Shown here piece by piece: positions 1 through 13,673 of a stretch of 64,000 bases of DNA (its first letter is position 1; each line of letters opens with the position of its first letter). The notes beneath the pieces are model-generated. The model was not told the DNA's origin. It worked only from the letters and a program-made list of their open reading frames with translations, and ran no database searches. The DNA is taken from assembly GCF_011386835.1 (NCBI RefSeq), contig NC_088795.1, positions 133,858,001 through 133,922,000 on the forward strand. Direction: 5' to 3'. The position numbers and the translations under genes were made by a program. Source of the DNA: Chrysemys picta bellii. Lineage: Eukaryota.

Positions 1-755
1 TAACAGTGGGCGGGCTTCTGCCCGCCCACTTCCCGGATCCCAACAGAATCACTCTCCTGTAGCCCTGTGGCCTGGACGGAAGGAGGTAGAGGGCTGCTGG
101 TGCTGCTAGGACCTGAGCTTTCCCTGCTGCTGTTGCTGCTCCAGCTACTCCTTTGTCCGGACCAGACCGCCCTCCCCCTCAAAAACTTTCTGTAATTTGC
201 CTGCAATAATATCTAGGGTGAGAAATTAATATTTGTAACCAATTTCTTAAGTATATTGATCTTAGCTTACATATTTTGTTTTATTTGCTCCGTAATCTGC
301 TTTGTTCTGTCTGTTATCTCTTATATTCACTTAAAATTCCCCTTTTGTAGTTAATAAGCATATTTCTTGTTTATACTATAACCCCGTTTGTACAATTCAT
401 AATGGGTTGGGGACAAGAAGTCATGCATATCTCTCTTCACATTGAGGAAGGGGGAGAATTTTAGGAGCTTGTGCTATACAGATATTTCTATACAGTGCAA
501 GGCATTATTATTTTGGGTTTGTCTCCCAAAAGGGGTGGGCATGTGAGTGCTGGGGGAGTCCTCTCACACAGAGCTGACCTCAGTCTGTGTCTGCAGTGGG
601 GTGTGGCCCTACTTGTTTGTGCACACGCTGCAAAAGACAGGCGATTTTAATTCAGCAAAGCAGGGAGAGGGAACCCAGGCTGGTTGAGCAGGAGAGGCTC
701 TGTGAAATCTCAGTATATCAGGTGGCATCCTAGAAGTGGGATTCAAGCCATCACA
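1..755 (+). mobile_element. LTR (probably Gypsy/ERV-type solo LTR), cut by the window start
   Basis: LTR-like composition: GC-rich U3, then a T-rich R/U5 with a TAATAA-like signal near 352. It ends ...aagccatcaCA, an ending I recognise from turtle LTRs. Confidence 0.55.
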
Positions 756-762
756 CTACCAC

Positions 763-1610
763 TGTATGTGAAGTTATGAAGTATTGCTGTATGTGTTACT
801 GAAATATGTTGAGAAGTTGGTAAACACCCTCAGCCAGCCTTTCAGTTGCAACAAAGGAGGGCCAGATAGCGCTGACAGCCCATCAAGTATCTTTCTAGCA
901 TTTGGAAGAAAGTATAAAAGAGGGAGAGTAACGTCATCACTTGGTCTATTTCTGCCCCTTCCCCCATCTCCACACCTGGAAGGTCTACAAGAAAAAGACT
1001 TTGAACTCAGGAAGTTTGGTCCCAGGCTGGAAAGTGTTCCAATCTGTGGATTGAGGAACTGTAACCTGCTTGTACCCCCTGAGACATTGCTCGAGTCACA
1101 CCTTGCTTAGTCTGCTAAAGTTAGAATGTAGACTGTATTTCTAAGGTAACCAACTTTGATCTCTACACCTGCTACTTATAATTATTTCAAATCTGTCTTT
1201 CTGTAGATAATAAATCTGGTTTATATTTTACCTAGAACAGTGTGTTTTGGTGAAAGTGCTTGGGGAAACTCAGCTCAGATTACAAAGTGTGGTGCATGTC
1301 CACTTTCCTAGGAAGATATGGTAAACTAAGTAATGAACTTCTACTAGCCAGGCTTCCGACCAGTGCAAGACAGTAGCATTCTGGGCTGCAAGGCTGGGGA
1401 ACTGGGGGGAATTGGCTAAAGCCTCCCTATTGATGGTCCATGAGTGGCTGGGAGATCATTCATGTCATTAAGTTGGGTGTGGTCCTGCCTGTGGATGGGT
1501 GTGTAAGTGCTTGTCAGTGGCTTTTGCAGCACCACAGTGTGATAGGCTGCCTAGGCTGGTGGGTTTGGAGGGCTCAGGGGATCCAAAGTCCAGGTTGCCC
1601 GCCAGGAACC
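763..1610 (+). mobile_element. Second LTR-like element, 3' end truncated by a Penelope insertion
   Basis: TG start, then tctgtctttctgtagataATAAAtctgg near 1195-1218. The ending ...ccaggttgcccgccaggaaccc resembles the first LTR's terminus but lacks the final TCACA, and Penelope sequence follows directly. Confidence 0.5.
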
Positions 1611-2039
1611 CGAGAAACTGCAGAACTGTAATTAATTTGCAAACTGGACCCCATCAAATTAGGCCTGAATAAAGACTGGGAGTGGATGGATCACTACAAA
1701 AACTAAATTTCCCTCTACAGTTACTCACACCTTCTTGTTAACTGTTTGAAAGGGGCCACCCTGATTACATTGGCCTCATTACCATGACAAAAGTGATTTT
1801 TCCTCCCTTAGTATTCTACTGTTGAGAATAGCCCACTTCCACTTTAATTGAATTGTCTCATTAGCACTGACCCCTCCCCTTGGTAAGGCAACTCCCATCT
1901 TTTCATGTTCTATGTATATACACCTGCTACTGTATTTTGCACTCCATGCATCTTACGAAGTGGGTTTTAGCCCATGAAAGCTTATGCCCAAATAAATGTG
2001 TTAGTCTCTAAGGTGCCACAAGTACTCCTTGTTGTTTTT
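1611..2039 (+). mobile_element. Penelope-like retroelement 3' fragment (GIY-YIG endonuclease C-terminus plus pseudo-LTR)
   Basis: Reads RETAEL*LICKLDPIKLGLNKDWEWMDHYKN* (stop 1704-1706). The pLTR ends gcatcttacgaagtgggttttagcccatgaaagcttatgcccaaataaa...aggtgccacaagtactccttgttgttttt, with a degenerate hammerhead core. Confidence 0.8.
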
Positions 2040-3144
2040 AATTATTATAATTATAACTTTGCTTTATTATAGACTTAGAAGAAATTTCATTTATTCCACA
2101 TAATGAACAGTTTGAGAAATGATTTTTGAATTTGTTCTCCAAAAAATTATTTTTGATTATTAACAGCAGCAATTAAAAAAAAAAAAAAAGATGAATTTGG
2201 CTTGGAGTTTAGCACCAAGCAAATACAGCATATTGTAGTATAGAAATACCACCTAAGATCACTTATTGACTCATCAGTGGAGCGGCAAAGGGCCACTCGG
2301 ACAGTGGCCAACTGAGCTTAATAGTGGCAGTAGCATTATCACTGCAGAATGCTTCTCTCAGCCAGAAGAACAACATTGTGGATGCTACGTTTTCAAGATG
2401 AATGCTGTTGCCATGGTAAAAAGCTTGTGGTCTCTAGAATGAGAACTTTAAAATGCTAAGGACACCATGTGATTAGGGAAAGGTAGAACCCATGCTTTGA
2501 TATGAGAGACAGGAAAATGAGTGAAACTATTTCTAATCACCATCTTTTCTCTCTACTGGCTTTCTGAGACGCACCCTGTAATGAACGTGCAATTATAATC
2601 AAAGCATTAAATAAGCATCCCCTTACTCCCACATTGTACAGATTACCAAAGGAAGCACATTGTGGGAAATCATTTTTTAAAACGTAGTATTGAATGTACT
2701 CTTAAATAGATCTCACCATGTTCTGAATACATCCTCCTATTTTTAAAACTGTATCCGTAACCAAAGCATATTTAATGAGATCAAAACTCTACTCCACATT
2801 ACTACGTCCCCCCCCCGAAATGCATACGTAGCACTACCCAAACCTCTATATGCGTTGGCTAAATGTTAATGTATTTTTTCCCAAAAACAGATTACCTTCC
2901 ATGGCTAAATTATTCAATGTCATCATCTACAGCAGCCATCTGCAAGCCTAATCCCCTTGTGTTCTCAAATTCTGAGTGCCTGCTACACTATTTTTGTTTT
3001 ACGTTCCTGCATAAATCTGTTAAACTCAATATGTGACAGCAAATTCCCCAAATCAAAGGCAATCTGCCGGCCTATAAAACACTGGTTACTGAAAATCGAA
3101 GGGTTCAATATGGTAACAATTCAAGAAGTCAGTAAGCAACCTTT

Positions 3145-3412
3145 AAAAACAACGAGGAGTCCTTGTGGCACCTTAGAAACTAACACATTTATTTGGGCAT
3201 AAGATTTCGTGGGCTAGAACCCACTTCATCGGATGCATGAAGTGAAAAATACAGGAGCAGGTATAAATACATGAAAGGATGGGGGTTGCTTTACCAAGTG
3301 TGAGGTCAGTCTAATGAGATAAATCAATTAACAGCAGGATATCAAGGGAGGAAAAATAACTTTTAAAGTGGTAAGAGAGTGGCCCATTACAGACAGTTGA
3401 CAAGAAGGTGTG
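3145..3412 (-). mobile_element. Penelope-like pseudo-LTR fragment, same family as 1611-2039
   Basis: The reverse complement aligns by eye to 1730-2039. It includes gcatCCGATGAagtgggttctagcccacGAAAtcttatgc at 3236-3197. Confidence 0.82.
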
Positions 3413-5014
3413 TGGTCTGAAGGTTGAATCACACACTACAGTATCTGCTCAGATAATCCATGCTGTAAAATCGGATCTGTTTTTGCTATACACAGTGTGG
3501 CCTGGCCTTGCACCCATTCATGTATTTCATATCTAATAAAAATCTGAACAGTTGGTCTGATTGGATTTTAAGTGATGCAAATTTGAAAATCAAAGAGGCA
3601 GACTCCCTTTAGACTTGGTCTATTTAGATTATAATTGTAAAGAGCCGCAAATTACATTTACTGTGCTATTGAATTCTCAAGAGATTCAATAGGAGTTTTA
3701 CCAAATGAAAACTATTTGTCATTTTAAATTTGTTAAACAGCAAATAAAAGTGTATTCAGTATATGATGCCTTTATTATTTTAATACAGCCTTGCAGACAT
3801 AAGCAGTAAAGGTGTAATCGCTTTTCACTGCATGGATCACTCTTTGCTTTTCACTGTAATTAAATTACATTGTTTGACAAAAATAGTTATTTTTGATTAT
3901 TATTATTCTATTAAGCTGGCGATTAAATTAAATAGAAAAATAGCATTTAAATTCCCCATCAGACAGATAATCATTTGGAGAGACCAGTTTGACATTCCCA
4001 GATAGAAGTTTCTTCTCGGAAATGTAAATATGATGAAATAACACTTGTTGAAAGCACCAGTAGGCTTGAAAAGCAATAAGCTTTCCTAGCTTAAGATTCA
4101 TAAAACTTTTTTTTTTTTTTTTTTTAAATACTGTGATTGTTTATAAGCCTGCATTTGACCAAAATCAGAGGCGGTTCTAATGATGGATATCACTTTCCAG
4201 TTGAGGATTCTAACAGTAGAATCCTCCCTTAAAATAACTTTTTATTTGTTATGATCACCAATCTCTGCTCAGATAATACCCTCTTCAACTCCCATTCCTG
4301 AAGATGAGCTATTTATAAGTTATAAATATGTATTAAAATAAACAAACAAGATAACTCAAATGTAGCAAACATGACAATGGAAAAGAAAGTAGAATGCTTT
4401 CCCAAATCCAAATTTCCTTTTTTGACATTGCTTTTCTTATTCCCCTAGTATGTTACATATTACTTGTGTTATCTGTCCAGATTAGGCCCTGATCCAGCAA
4501 CTGACTGACTGGAGGCGGACCCCTGCACAGAGCTTTTCTGAACTTTAAAAAATGTTCTTCTGTATAAAGGCAAACAAACTCATAGATGCAATAGCATTAA
4601 CCATACAAAGGAAGTATATGCACATTCATACTTTCCTTATAAATATAAGAAAAAACTTGGAGCTGGGTTAAACCTGCAACTTATCATATGAAAAATAAAT
4701 CATCTCCCACTGTGGCTTGAAATGCAAAATAAGGAGTCACTAATTAGGGTATATTACTCCTGCAAACTCTTCAGTACTTTTTAATACAGTTTGGTTTCTG
4801 AGACAGACAAATGAATAAGTATATCATATGTAATTTTATTTAAATATATTTGTTGGGAATTTATCACATAATTTATTAAAATAACAGCTTAGTTCATCAC
4901 TATTATTGCTACCACTAAAAACAAAACACAACAAATAATAAAAAACCCTCCTTAATTTCCCTCTGTGACATCAGTTACTGTATTAATTCTCATCTTCCCT
5001 TTCTTAGCAAAATA

Positions 5015-5745
5015 ATGGAAAAAGTCATGTTTTACCACCTTTCTTACCTCTCCTCCAAAAAAGCCCCACAAAAAAAAACAAAAAACCTTCTTATCCATTT
5101 TCAGTCTGACTTTCACACCACTCTATGGCAAATGGTGTTCTTCTCTAATGTCAGCCTGCTTGCCTCTCTGAACTTAAGATCTTCATTTGATACTTTACCT
5201 ATAACACCTTTATCCATGACCTGAACTGTTCTGTGCATTTTAGGCACCTACTGATCTTATTTCCATGACTGCATATCCAACCACCTATTTTGTGCAATTG
5301 ACATTCCACTCTTTTATGATATCTTGAGGATTTAGTCCTTGATCCCATCTTTTCATTTAATTCCTATTTCTAAATTCATGGCTATCATATCCATATCTCT
5401 TTCATTGTTTTGTGTCTCTCTTCCTTGCTTATTGTTCCATTTGAGACCAAAAATTCTTCATTGGCTATAGATCTCCCAGACTAATTATTCTGCCTAGCAA
5501 CACCTCCAAATCACCACCTACATAAGACACTAATGCGACAACACTGCCAAATCGCATTTTTTCTTATCTTGATTACTCTAATTCCATCCATTACACACTC
5601 CCTAATTCTCAATTTGACAGTGTTCAATTTGTCCAAAATATGACAACTATTCTCATTCATGCCCAGAGGCCAGAACAAACTACATCACCTTCAGAAATGG
5701 TCACTAGCATCCTGTCTATTTCAGTAAACAGAACAAATTCTCAGT
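5015..5745 (+). mobile_element. Old L2 LINE reverse-transcriptase fragment
   Basis: ORF 5015-5224 has QSDFH...LLASLNLRSSFDTL, resembling L2 QSGFR...LLDLSAAFDTVDH. Downstream remnants resemble GVPQGSVLGP (near 5320-5350) and HIT (near 5680). Heavily decayed. Confidence 0.5.
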
Positions 5746-5759
5746 CCTAATCCTATTGT

Positions 5760-6035
5760 GGGTATGTCTTCACTGCATTGTGAACCCATGCTCTTATCCA
5801 GGTTTTGGTCCACCCCTCCCCACCATCCATGCACACACAAAAACCCCTCTGATGTGGATCTGTAGGTGCTTTAGGCCCAGGCTAGCTTATCGTATTATGG
5901 GTACAGGTTTGAGTAAGTCAGGCTGGAACCTATCCCCCTTTCAGTGAGGATGCAGACAAAAAATCATCTGGGCTAAGCAACGCAGGTGCTCAGACCTGGG
6001 TGTCAAAGGTTAACTGTGCAGTGAGTCTTTATCCC
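5760..6035. mobile_element. Degenerate PIF/Harbinger-type MITE
   Basis: Left TIR gggtatgtcttcactgca matches the GGGTATGTCTACACTGCA family seen at 13674 and 51006. The right TIR (tgcagtgagtctttatccc) is degenerate. Confidence 0.4.
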
Positions 6036-6429
6036 TCCCTGCATCATAGACACTGGACTGCACAGAGAAGCTTCTGCAGTTTTGGGAAGGGGGAAAGGGG
6101 GAGATGAAGGACAAAATGCCATAGACTGTTTTCTCCACACACCAGTCTAGGAAGGATAATCTGGCACCATCTTTCTAACCCAATTTCTTCTCGTTCACCA
6201 GCAAGTATTCTGTACAACGAATCGTAGGTCCTTTTTCCACTCTGACCCTAGAATAGCGTCATTGCTAAAAACAATCCTCAGCACCATCAGTTGCCTATCA
6301 CCTCTTGCTTGACTCATAAAGGTCTGCCAGATTGATGGGTTAGATTCTGCAGTCTTTACCCAGATAAAACTTCAATTGAAACCAATAACATCTGTAAGAT
6401 TTGGCCCAATATATTTTTAAAATAACTAA

Positions 6430-6572
6430 TTATCAGTATGCAGCATGTTTCATCCACCAGGTGCACAAAGTGGTTTACAGACTGATTATGTAGGAATCAT
6501 TCATTACTCTTTCAAATGCAGCCACCTCTGGGTAAGCCACTGCCGTCGTTCTATACTAACAGCAATATAAAT
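6430..6572 (-). mobile_element. AmnSINE1-like (Deu-domain SINE) 3' fragment
   Basis: Minus strand reads cccagaggtggctgcattt...gattcctacataatcagtctgtaaaccactttg...ggatgaaacatgctgcata. This is collinear with the AmnSINE1 3' consensus as I recall it (CCCAGAGGTGGCTGCATTTCAG...GTAAAGCGCTTTG...GATGAAAGGCGCTATATA). Confidence 0.55.
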
Positions 6573-7744
6573 ATGGTGGAGCCTTCTTGCTGCCGCCCAA
6601 GCTGTTCTCTGTTTGCATAATTCTTCTGCTCTCCTCTTTGGGCCTCCTTCCAGGCAGCCTCTTATGTCTGTAACTTCCAATCCTTCCTTGTATACCAAGC
6701 GACCAATCTCTCCTCAAATCCATTCTCAGAACTCTCTATTTTCATGAAGACGTTCCAAGATAATACACCAATGAAAGGGATCATCAACTATCCATCAGGC
6801 ATATTATCTGACAGAAACATACTGCCAGTATATAACTCAGAATATGAAATTATTTGGGAAGAGATCCTGTTTTCATCCATAGTTTAGTTTTCAAAATATA
6901 GGACACTAATAACTACCTCTAATAAAGCTTAACATCATTGTACCGCTAGCTCACCTGGAAAGAATTATTAGCCACTCACATTTAAGTAGCCTCATAAATG
7001 TGCTCTGACAGAACAGTGCTAGAGGCTGTGCATTTTGACTAGATTATCTAATCAAATGTTTTGCTCCCCAAAACAGCTGTACAGTGTGGGTGGTATGGAA
7101 CATCCTGAATAATTATGCAAATTTGAAACAGAAACAGGTGTAAATCTATAAAAATTGCAGATTCTCCTCAGCTATATGTCTTTTAAAGGCAAAGTACTTT
7201 GTTCCATGCAGTTCTAATCAAACTACCCCTTACCATTGCCACTGGCCGCTCCTATTTTTTTTTTTTAATATAAAGTAATTTGCCTAAAGATCTAAATCAC
7301 ACTAATGCAGTTAGACTACTGTGGGGTTAGCCATCTGGCTTAGTGGCTCATTAGTAAAGAAATGACCCCTATGCATAAAACACAGCTGGGTCATTCCAAG
7401 CTAATGAGCCTTCAAGTTTTATTGTCTGGTACGTCTACAAATGGCTGGACATGGATCTCTTTTATAAGTCTACAATTTTTACATACTAACAATTAGGCAT
7501 AACAATGATTAAATTTTATCAAATATTATGATCTGTGAACACAGAACTAAGCTATCTACACATGTAATATCAATATGGACTTCTTTTAAAGAACGTTTCT
7601 ATAGCGCAAGATCCTGATAAAAACAATGCCTTTATCTTTATTTTTTTCTGCGTTAGAACTTAACTTAATTTAACATGCTGATAACGTACTGCTCATTAAC
7701 TCATTTAAGTTTAATGTTTTTACTCTATAATTTTAATGTAAATA

Positions 7745-7934
7745 CACCTCTACCCCGATATAACACTGTCCTCGGGAGCCAAAAAAATCTTACCGGGTTA
7801 TAGGTGAAACTGCGTTATATCGAACTTGCTTTGATCCGCTGGAGCACACAGCCCCACCTCCCCCGGAGCGCTGCTTTATCACGTTATATCCAAATTCGTG
7901 TTGTATCGGGTCGCATTATATCGGGGTAAAGTTG
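7745..7934. mobile_element. Tc1/mariner (Tigger-like) MITE, 190 bp
   Basis: TIRs cacctctaccccgatataa / ttatatcggggtaaagttg, with TA duplicated at 7743-7744 and 7935-7936. CpG-rich interior. Confidence 0.85.
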
Positions 7935-8058
7935 TATATTGTAATAAAACATACACAGTTCATTCCTGCAAATTAATTTGAACTATTTATGTAAGGCTAC
8001 TCACATCAGAAAGATTTACAGGATCAGAACCCAAACACCTGCTCCCACAAGAAGCTAA

Positions 8059-8193
8059 GGCCCCAATTCAGCAAAGTACTTAAGCACTTATGTGTCTAAC
8101 TTGAAGCATATAAATAGTCCCATTGACTTCAGTGGGACTCCTCATACGCATAAAGTTATGCACCTACCTACATATCTTACTGAATCAGACCCT
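8059..8193. mobile_element. Old palindromic MITE (Harbinger/Chompy-like)
   Basis: Imperfect hairpin ggccccaattcagcaaag ... cttactgaatcagaccct centred on agtcccattgacttcagtgggact. A related copy lies at 14741. Confidence 0.55.
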
Positions 8194-8242
8194 GTATATT
8201 CTCGTGAGATGCTTAGATGCCTCCACTCCAACACAATGGGAG

Positions 8243-9055
8243 TGGATATAGAGTGATCTGGATTGCTTGATAAACTGGGTGCAGGTAAGCAAAAAGTGTT
8301 TTAATATTACTGAATGTAAATGCATCCATCTAGAAACAAAGAATGTAGGCCACACTTACAGGATGGTGGACTCTCTCCTTGGAAGTAATGACTCTAAAAA
8401 TGTTCTGGGGTGGTGGTGGATAATCAGCTGACATGAATTCCCAGTTCAACACTGTGGCCAAAAGGGCGAATGTGATCCTCGGATGCATAAACAAGGAAAT
8501 GTCGAGTAGAAGCAGAGATACCTCTGTGTTTGGCACTGGTGTGACCACCTCTGGAATAATGTGTCCAGTTCTGGTATCCACAATTCCAGACAGGTGTTGA
8601 CAAATTGGAAAGGGTTCGGTGAAGAGAATGATTAAAAGATTAGAAAACATGCCTTATAGTGATAGACTCAAGGAGCTCAATCTATTTAGCTTAACTAAGA
8701 ATTGATCACAGTCTACATGTACCTACACAGGGAACAAAATTTGATAATGGGCTCTTCAAATTAGCAGACAAAGGTATAACAGGATTCAATAGCTGGATCT
8801 TGAAGCTAGACAAATTCAGTCTGGAAATGAGGTGCAAAGTTTTAACAGATAGGGTAAATAAGCCATTGGAACATTTTACCAACGGGGTTGGTGAATTCTC
8901 AATCACTGACAATTTTAAAATCAAGATTGGATTTTTTTCCCTAAAAGATATGCTCGAGGTCAAAAAGGAATTAATTCAGGGAAACGCTATGGCCTGACTG
9001 ATGAAGGTCAGACTAGATGATCATAGTGGTCCCCTTTGGCCTTGGAATATATGAT
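8243..9055 (+). mobile_element. CR1 LINE 3' fragment (RT C-terminus plus 3' UTR)
   Basis: Remnants VAKRANVILGCIN and KLDKFSLEMRCKVLT. The 3' end gactagatgatcatagtggtcccctttggccttggaatatatga is typical of CR1. Similar to 53400-55400. Confidence 0.9.
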
Positions 9056-12000
9056 TTTATAAACAACAGTGAAACATCAGACTGCTTTTTTCCAGCATCT
9101 TTTGTACTAACTTTATATTAAATATTGTAAAATAAAGAAACTTAAAAAAAAATAGTGAATGCTTCTTGTTTTCTTACAAAAATAAGCATAATAAATTAGA
9201 GATAATTGACTAAGCACCCACTGCAAGCACAGGGCCTTATTCACACCAGTAATCTTTACTTGCATTTATGTAATAAATTACACACATAAGGGTTTGCAGG
9301 ATGAGGCCCTTAGGCATTCAAAATATAGTTTAGCTTTAACAGGTAACAGATATCTTTAAACTGAAATAATGGTATAAGGAGTGAGTTCGGTGCTTGAATT
9401 TTAGAACCTAATTTAAATTTCAGTCATTGAACATGTCTATACAAAAGCCAGATGAAAGACAAAATGAAGTTATTAGGAAAAAGGTCATGTCTGCAATGAA
9501 AATTAAATTCTCCACTGTAAAAAATCATCAGCTTGTTAATAAGAAGTGAGATAAACAAGCTAATGTTACTATCCTTTCACAATAAGCAGTAATTTCTATT
9601 TTGCTCTCTTAAAAAAAAAAACCAGTATATTCTCTGCCTCAGTGGTCCTACCAGCTGGGTAAAACTCAATTTAGTTTTTTTCATCAAAATGCTATAATAA
9701 AATATAACTAACACAATTTTGTCCAGTTCCTTGGGTTTCTGGTGTTCAAGATAATGTGATTATATTAGATAACACGGTTTCCTCTACCTATCAGTGTCAA
9801 TCTTTTTTGACTCTTCCATGACATCTCTTATCAACGACAGATTGTATAGTTTTTAATACAATAGCCTAAGAGAGCCAAGGGTTTCATTAAATTAATATGT
9901 CTCTGGTTAATTCTACCTTATCTACTTATTCAACTTAGCCTTAAAACCCAATTAAAATCTAATTTATCTGATCCCTGGATTCTGAATCCTATTTGGCAAT
10001 GAATCTGACAGCCTTGTAGTAACTACATTACTACACATTGTGCCCCAAGGTATTCTAAATAATGTTTAAAAAATTCATTTAGAGCTGCCGAAATCTCTTT
10101 TGGGGCTCTTTGATTTCAGAGTGAAGAACAAATGTTTTATCATAATGCAAAAATCTAGTTATGCTAGTTAGGACCAGATCCTCAACTAATGTAAATTTGC
10201 ATAGCTCCACTGGAACTAATGGGATTGTGACAGTTTAAACCAGCCTAAGATCTCGCCCACAGGCCCCAATTCTCCACTATGTCGGAGCTGTAATTGGACA
10301 TAGGGAAGAGGGGCGTCTGCAAGGGTGCCAGCTGATTCAGTGATCCTTGGCTGCCCAGCATTGGCAGAAGTTAGAGTAGCAGAGGGTGCACTCTCACTTC
10401 CACCACTGACAGCTCCATTATGAAGTTTGCACCAGCAGAGGATCAAGTGTAAAGTTTATTTGGTGGACTGTAATATTAATCCTAATGTGTTAAGGGAAGA
10501 CTTCCCTTTTGCTTTCTACGGCCCCAATCCTGCATTCACATCCTTTTGCCTGGACACATACGACTACATGACTTCAGTGGTGATTTGCTATCGTTTTATT
10601 ACATGAATGACTTCAGTGGGGCTCAACATGGGCACAGGGGTCCCCACTAGTGGATCCAAATGTAGAGCCCTATATACTGCAATAATAAATGTATTGCAAC
10701 AATATATGTGCAATATATTATTTCAGGTTTCACTGTATATTACATTATAAGACTAATGAACAGGAAAACCAGTTACAGATAAATGTATTATAGTGAACTC
10801 GTCCTATGTCAGGAAATTCCATATAATTTCAGTGTAACAAAATGGATGCCAAACTATTTAAAATAAATTTTTCTTGTATCGGTAACAAGACAAAGGTGAT
10901 ATTTGAAATATATTTACCTGGTGATAAAATGAGTTCTATGTAAGTTGCATATGCTACTTGTGTGACAGAGACTCCATTGCATTTGTTTTGTGATATCCTG
11001 ATATATTACAAGCTAACCCAAAATTATCATATTTTATGCTAGGTGTTTAATGAGAGATCAGATTCAACTGTTCTGTGAAAAAAAAAATTAAATATTCTAA
11101 ATTCAGTGTTAAAAATCCAAGAATAAACTAAAAAAAATTATGTTCTAACCCAGTTTCCCTTCCGCAAAAAAACCCCCTGATATTGTAATAATATGCAAGA
11201 TTTAGGAAACTGATCATATCACAGATTATTTTTCTTACTTTCATTTGTGTATGTTAAAAAAAAAATCATTACATGCTACTATTGTATGAAGAACACACAG
11301 ATCTGGAAGGAGTAAATCTAAGTTAACTGACAAGTTACCCTATGATATACTCACAAGGTATGATCTGTCACAGTAATTCTATTGTAATCATTAAATCATA
11401 AGATGATATGACAGGTCAGACAGTAAAATTCCACTGAATACAATGCAATTACTTTATAACATTTCATTATATTGTATAATTTACTTTAGTAGAAGGAAAC
11501 TTGTAAGGTAGCCTATATTAGACTCTATATCCTTTGTGTATTTCAGTACACATCTGTGATATCTTCCCCATATATGAGATCAATCAGAAAAAATAAATGT
11601 TTATTCCTGGCATGATAATTTCTCTAATATTAAAATAAAATGCCAATACTTTTCAGAAATGCAAGAGGGCTTTAGCAGCTAATCTTGTATTTGCTCATTT
11701 ATGCACATATCCTACACAACATTCAAAATAATTTATTTGTCTTCACAAACCTTTTGACTCGGGTGTCTTGTTAAAGATCCTGTACCTAATAAAAATAAGC
11801 TCTCCATTTTGTTTATTATTAAATTTCCTTTTATTACAGCTATACAACATCAGAATGCAGTTCTTTTAATTATGCAGAGAATCCTTATGGTATGCAAGTG
11901 TGCCCTCTTCTGGACCAAGACCATTATTTCAGAACCAGGCTTCTAAATTCTTATACTGTACTCCATCAAAAACGAACATATCATATCAGAATAACCATTA

Positions 12001-12307
12001 AAAGAAAAATAGTAATCCAAAGAACAGTAGTAGCACTGATTAACCTGTAATTCTACATTGAAAGTGTACATCCAAATGAATAAAACTCACCACTGCAATA
12101 TATACATGGCCCACGTTTACATATAAGGGTATCCCACTTTTTTTTTTTTTTTTTTTGCGCAATTTTGACATTTAATACAAGTTTTGATGTCTAACACAAC
12201 ATAAGAATGGAATTTCCCACACATATGTACAAGAGAGGATTGGCCTTTACATGTGACCTTCAAGGAAATGCATCCTGGTTATTAAAACACCATTTTTAAT
12301 GTATGTA

Positions 12308-12414
12308 TGCAATGTAGTTGTAGCCATGTTGGTCTCAGGATATTAGAGAGACAAGTTGGGTGAAGTAATAAATTCTATTGGACTGACTTCAGTTGGTGAG
12401 CGAGACAAGCTTTC
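12308..12414 (-). mobile_element. Penelope-like pseudo-LTR end, second family
   Basis: Minus strand reads gaaagcttgtctcgctcaccaactgaagtcagtccaatagaa...ttgtctctctaatatcctgagaccaacatggctacaac. This is the distal half of the pLTR family also seen at 63311; the hammerhead 5' half is missing. Confidence 0.65.
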
Positions 12415-13673
12415 AAATTTTATATGAATTTTGGAGGGGATTTTTTTTTATTACAATCACTACTAGTTTTGTAGTTAGAGGAAGAACTGATTTTATACAT
12501 AAAATGGATTAAATCCAAGGCACCTTTAAAATTATTATTATAAGTCAAATTCTGGTCAATGTAGGGATAAAGGGTATAACTCTATATCCCAAATTGTAAG
12601 ATAGATACCTCCCCCAAAAAAACATATTGCTTACATGGACCTGCATACTGCCTGAGACCAGTCCTATGTACAGCCACCTCTGTGGACAATCCCTATTATG
12701 CTAAACCAACGAAAGTACAGAATCTAGAGGAATCAAAATGGAGATACCCAACTGACACCATATGTTCCTACTACTGGCTGTAGGTTTTTTGGCCTTATAT
12801 CTGGATATTGCATAATTAAGATGTCATGATACCAAAAAATCCTTGAGAGAGCAGAAGACATTAAGCCTTTTGGGAAAAATAAATTCAAAACATGAGTTTC
12901 TGTAAGCTCGCTAATTTCAGTAGACATGTGCTTATTTCGATACATTCCCAATAAACATTTAAGGCGTTTTTTCTTTACACCCAACATCTATAGGATATAC
13001 AAAGATGGAAATCTGTCTTGTAAAAATACTGAAATGCAGGAGAAATATGCACAAAGCAGAGGTACATATAGAAAGCAAAATCATCATGCAACAAATGATA
13101 TTGTATTAACTACAGAAAAACTTCTCTCACAACAGGATAATACACTCCATATGACATGTAGACAAACAAAAGCAACAAAATTAATGACCCATACGCTCAA
13201 ACTCCAACACTGAAAAGAGTAGTTAAAGAGCATTGAACAGTCACACAACTATAATCAGGGTTCACTCTGGAAGTTATAACAGGTGAACAAATAACTTTAA
13301 ATAATAGCATGTTCAGTCATTCTGGAACCGACAATCATTATTGAAGTACAAACTTCTAATCTAGCAACGTGTATATGATACGCTGTTGGAGCAGTCTTTA
13401 CTTCTGTAAGCAGATGCATCAAAACAACCAAAAAATAAACTATTACTATTGAATAACTGAAATAAGAAAAGTAAATTGTTACCCTGTACTCCTAACATGA
13501 AAGAGAATGAAATGAAAATGATAGAAAGACTTCATGTTGTACTGTACCGTTTGTATTATCGGACAAGTCATATCCCTCTTCTTGATTTAGAGGGGTGGCA
13601 ACAATTGTAAAGTATAAATATTCAGGAGCACTCATGGGGGAGAAAGGAGAGGGAGACTGCGCCTGGACATTAA

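Noticed and set aside
6278-6297. REST/NRSF RE1 site (tcagcacca...)
   Set aside because: Only the left half-site matches; the GGACAG right half is absent.
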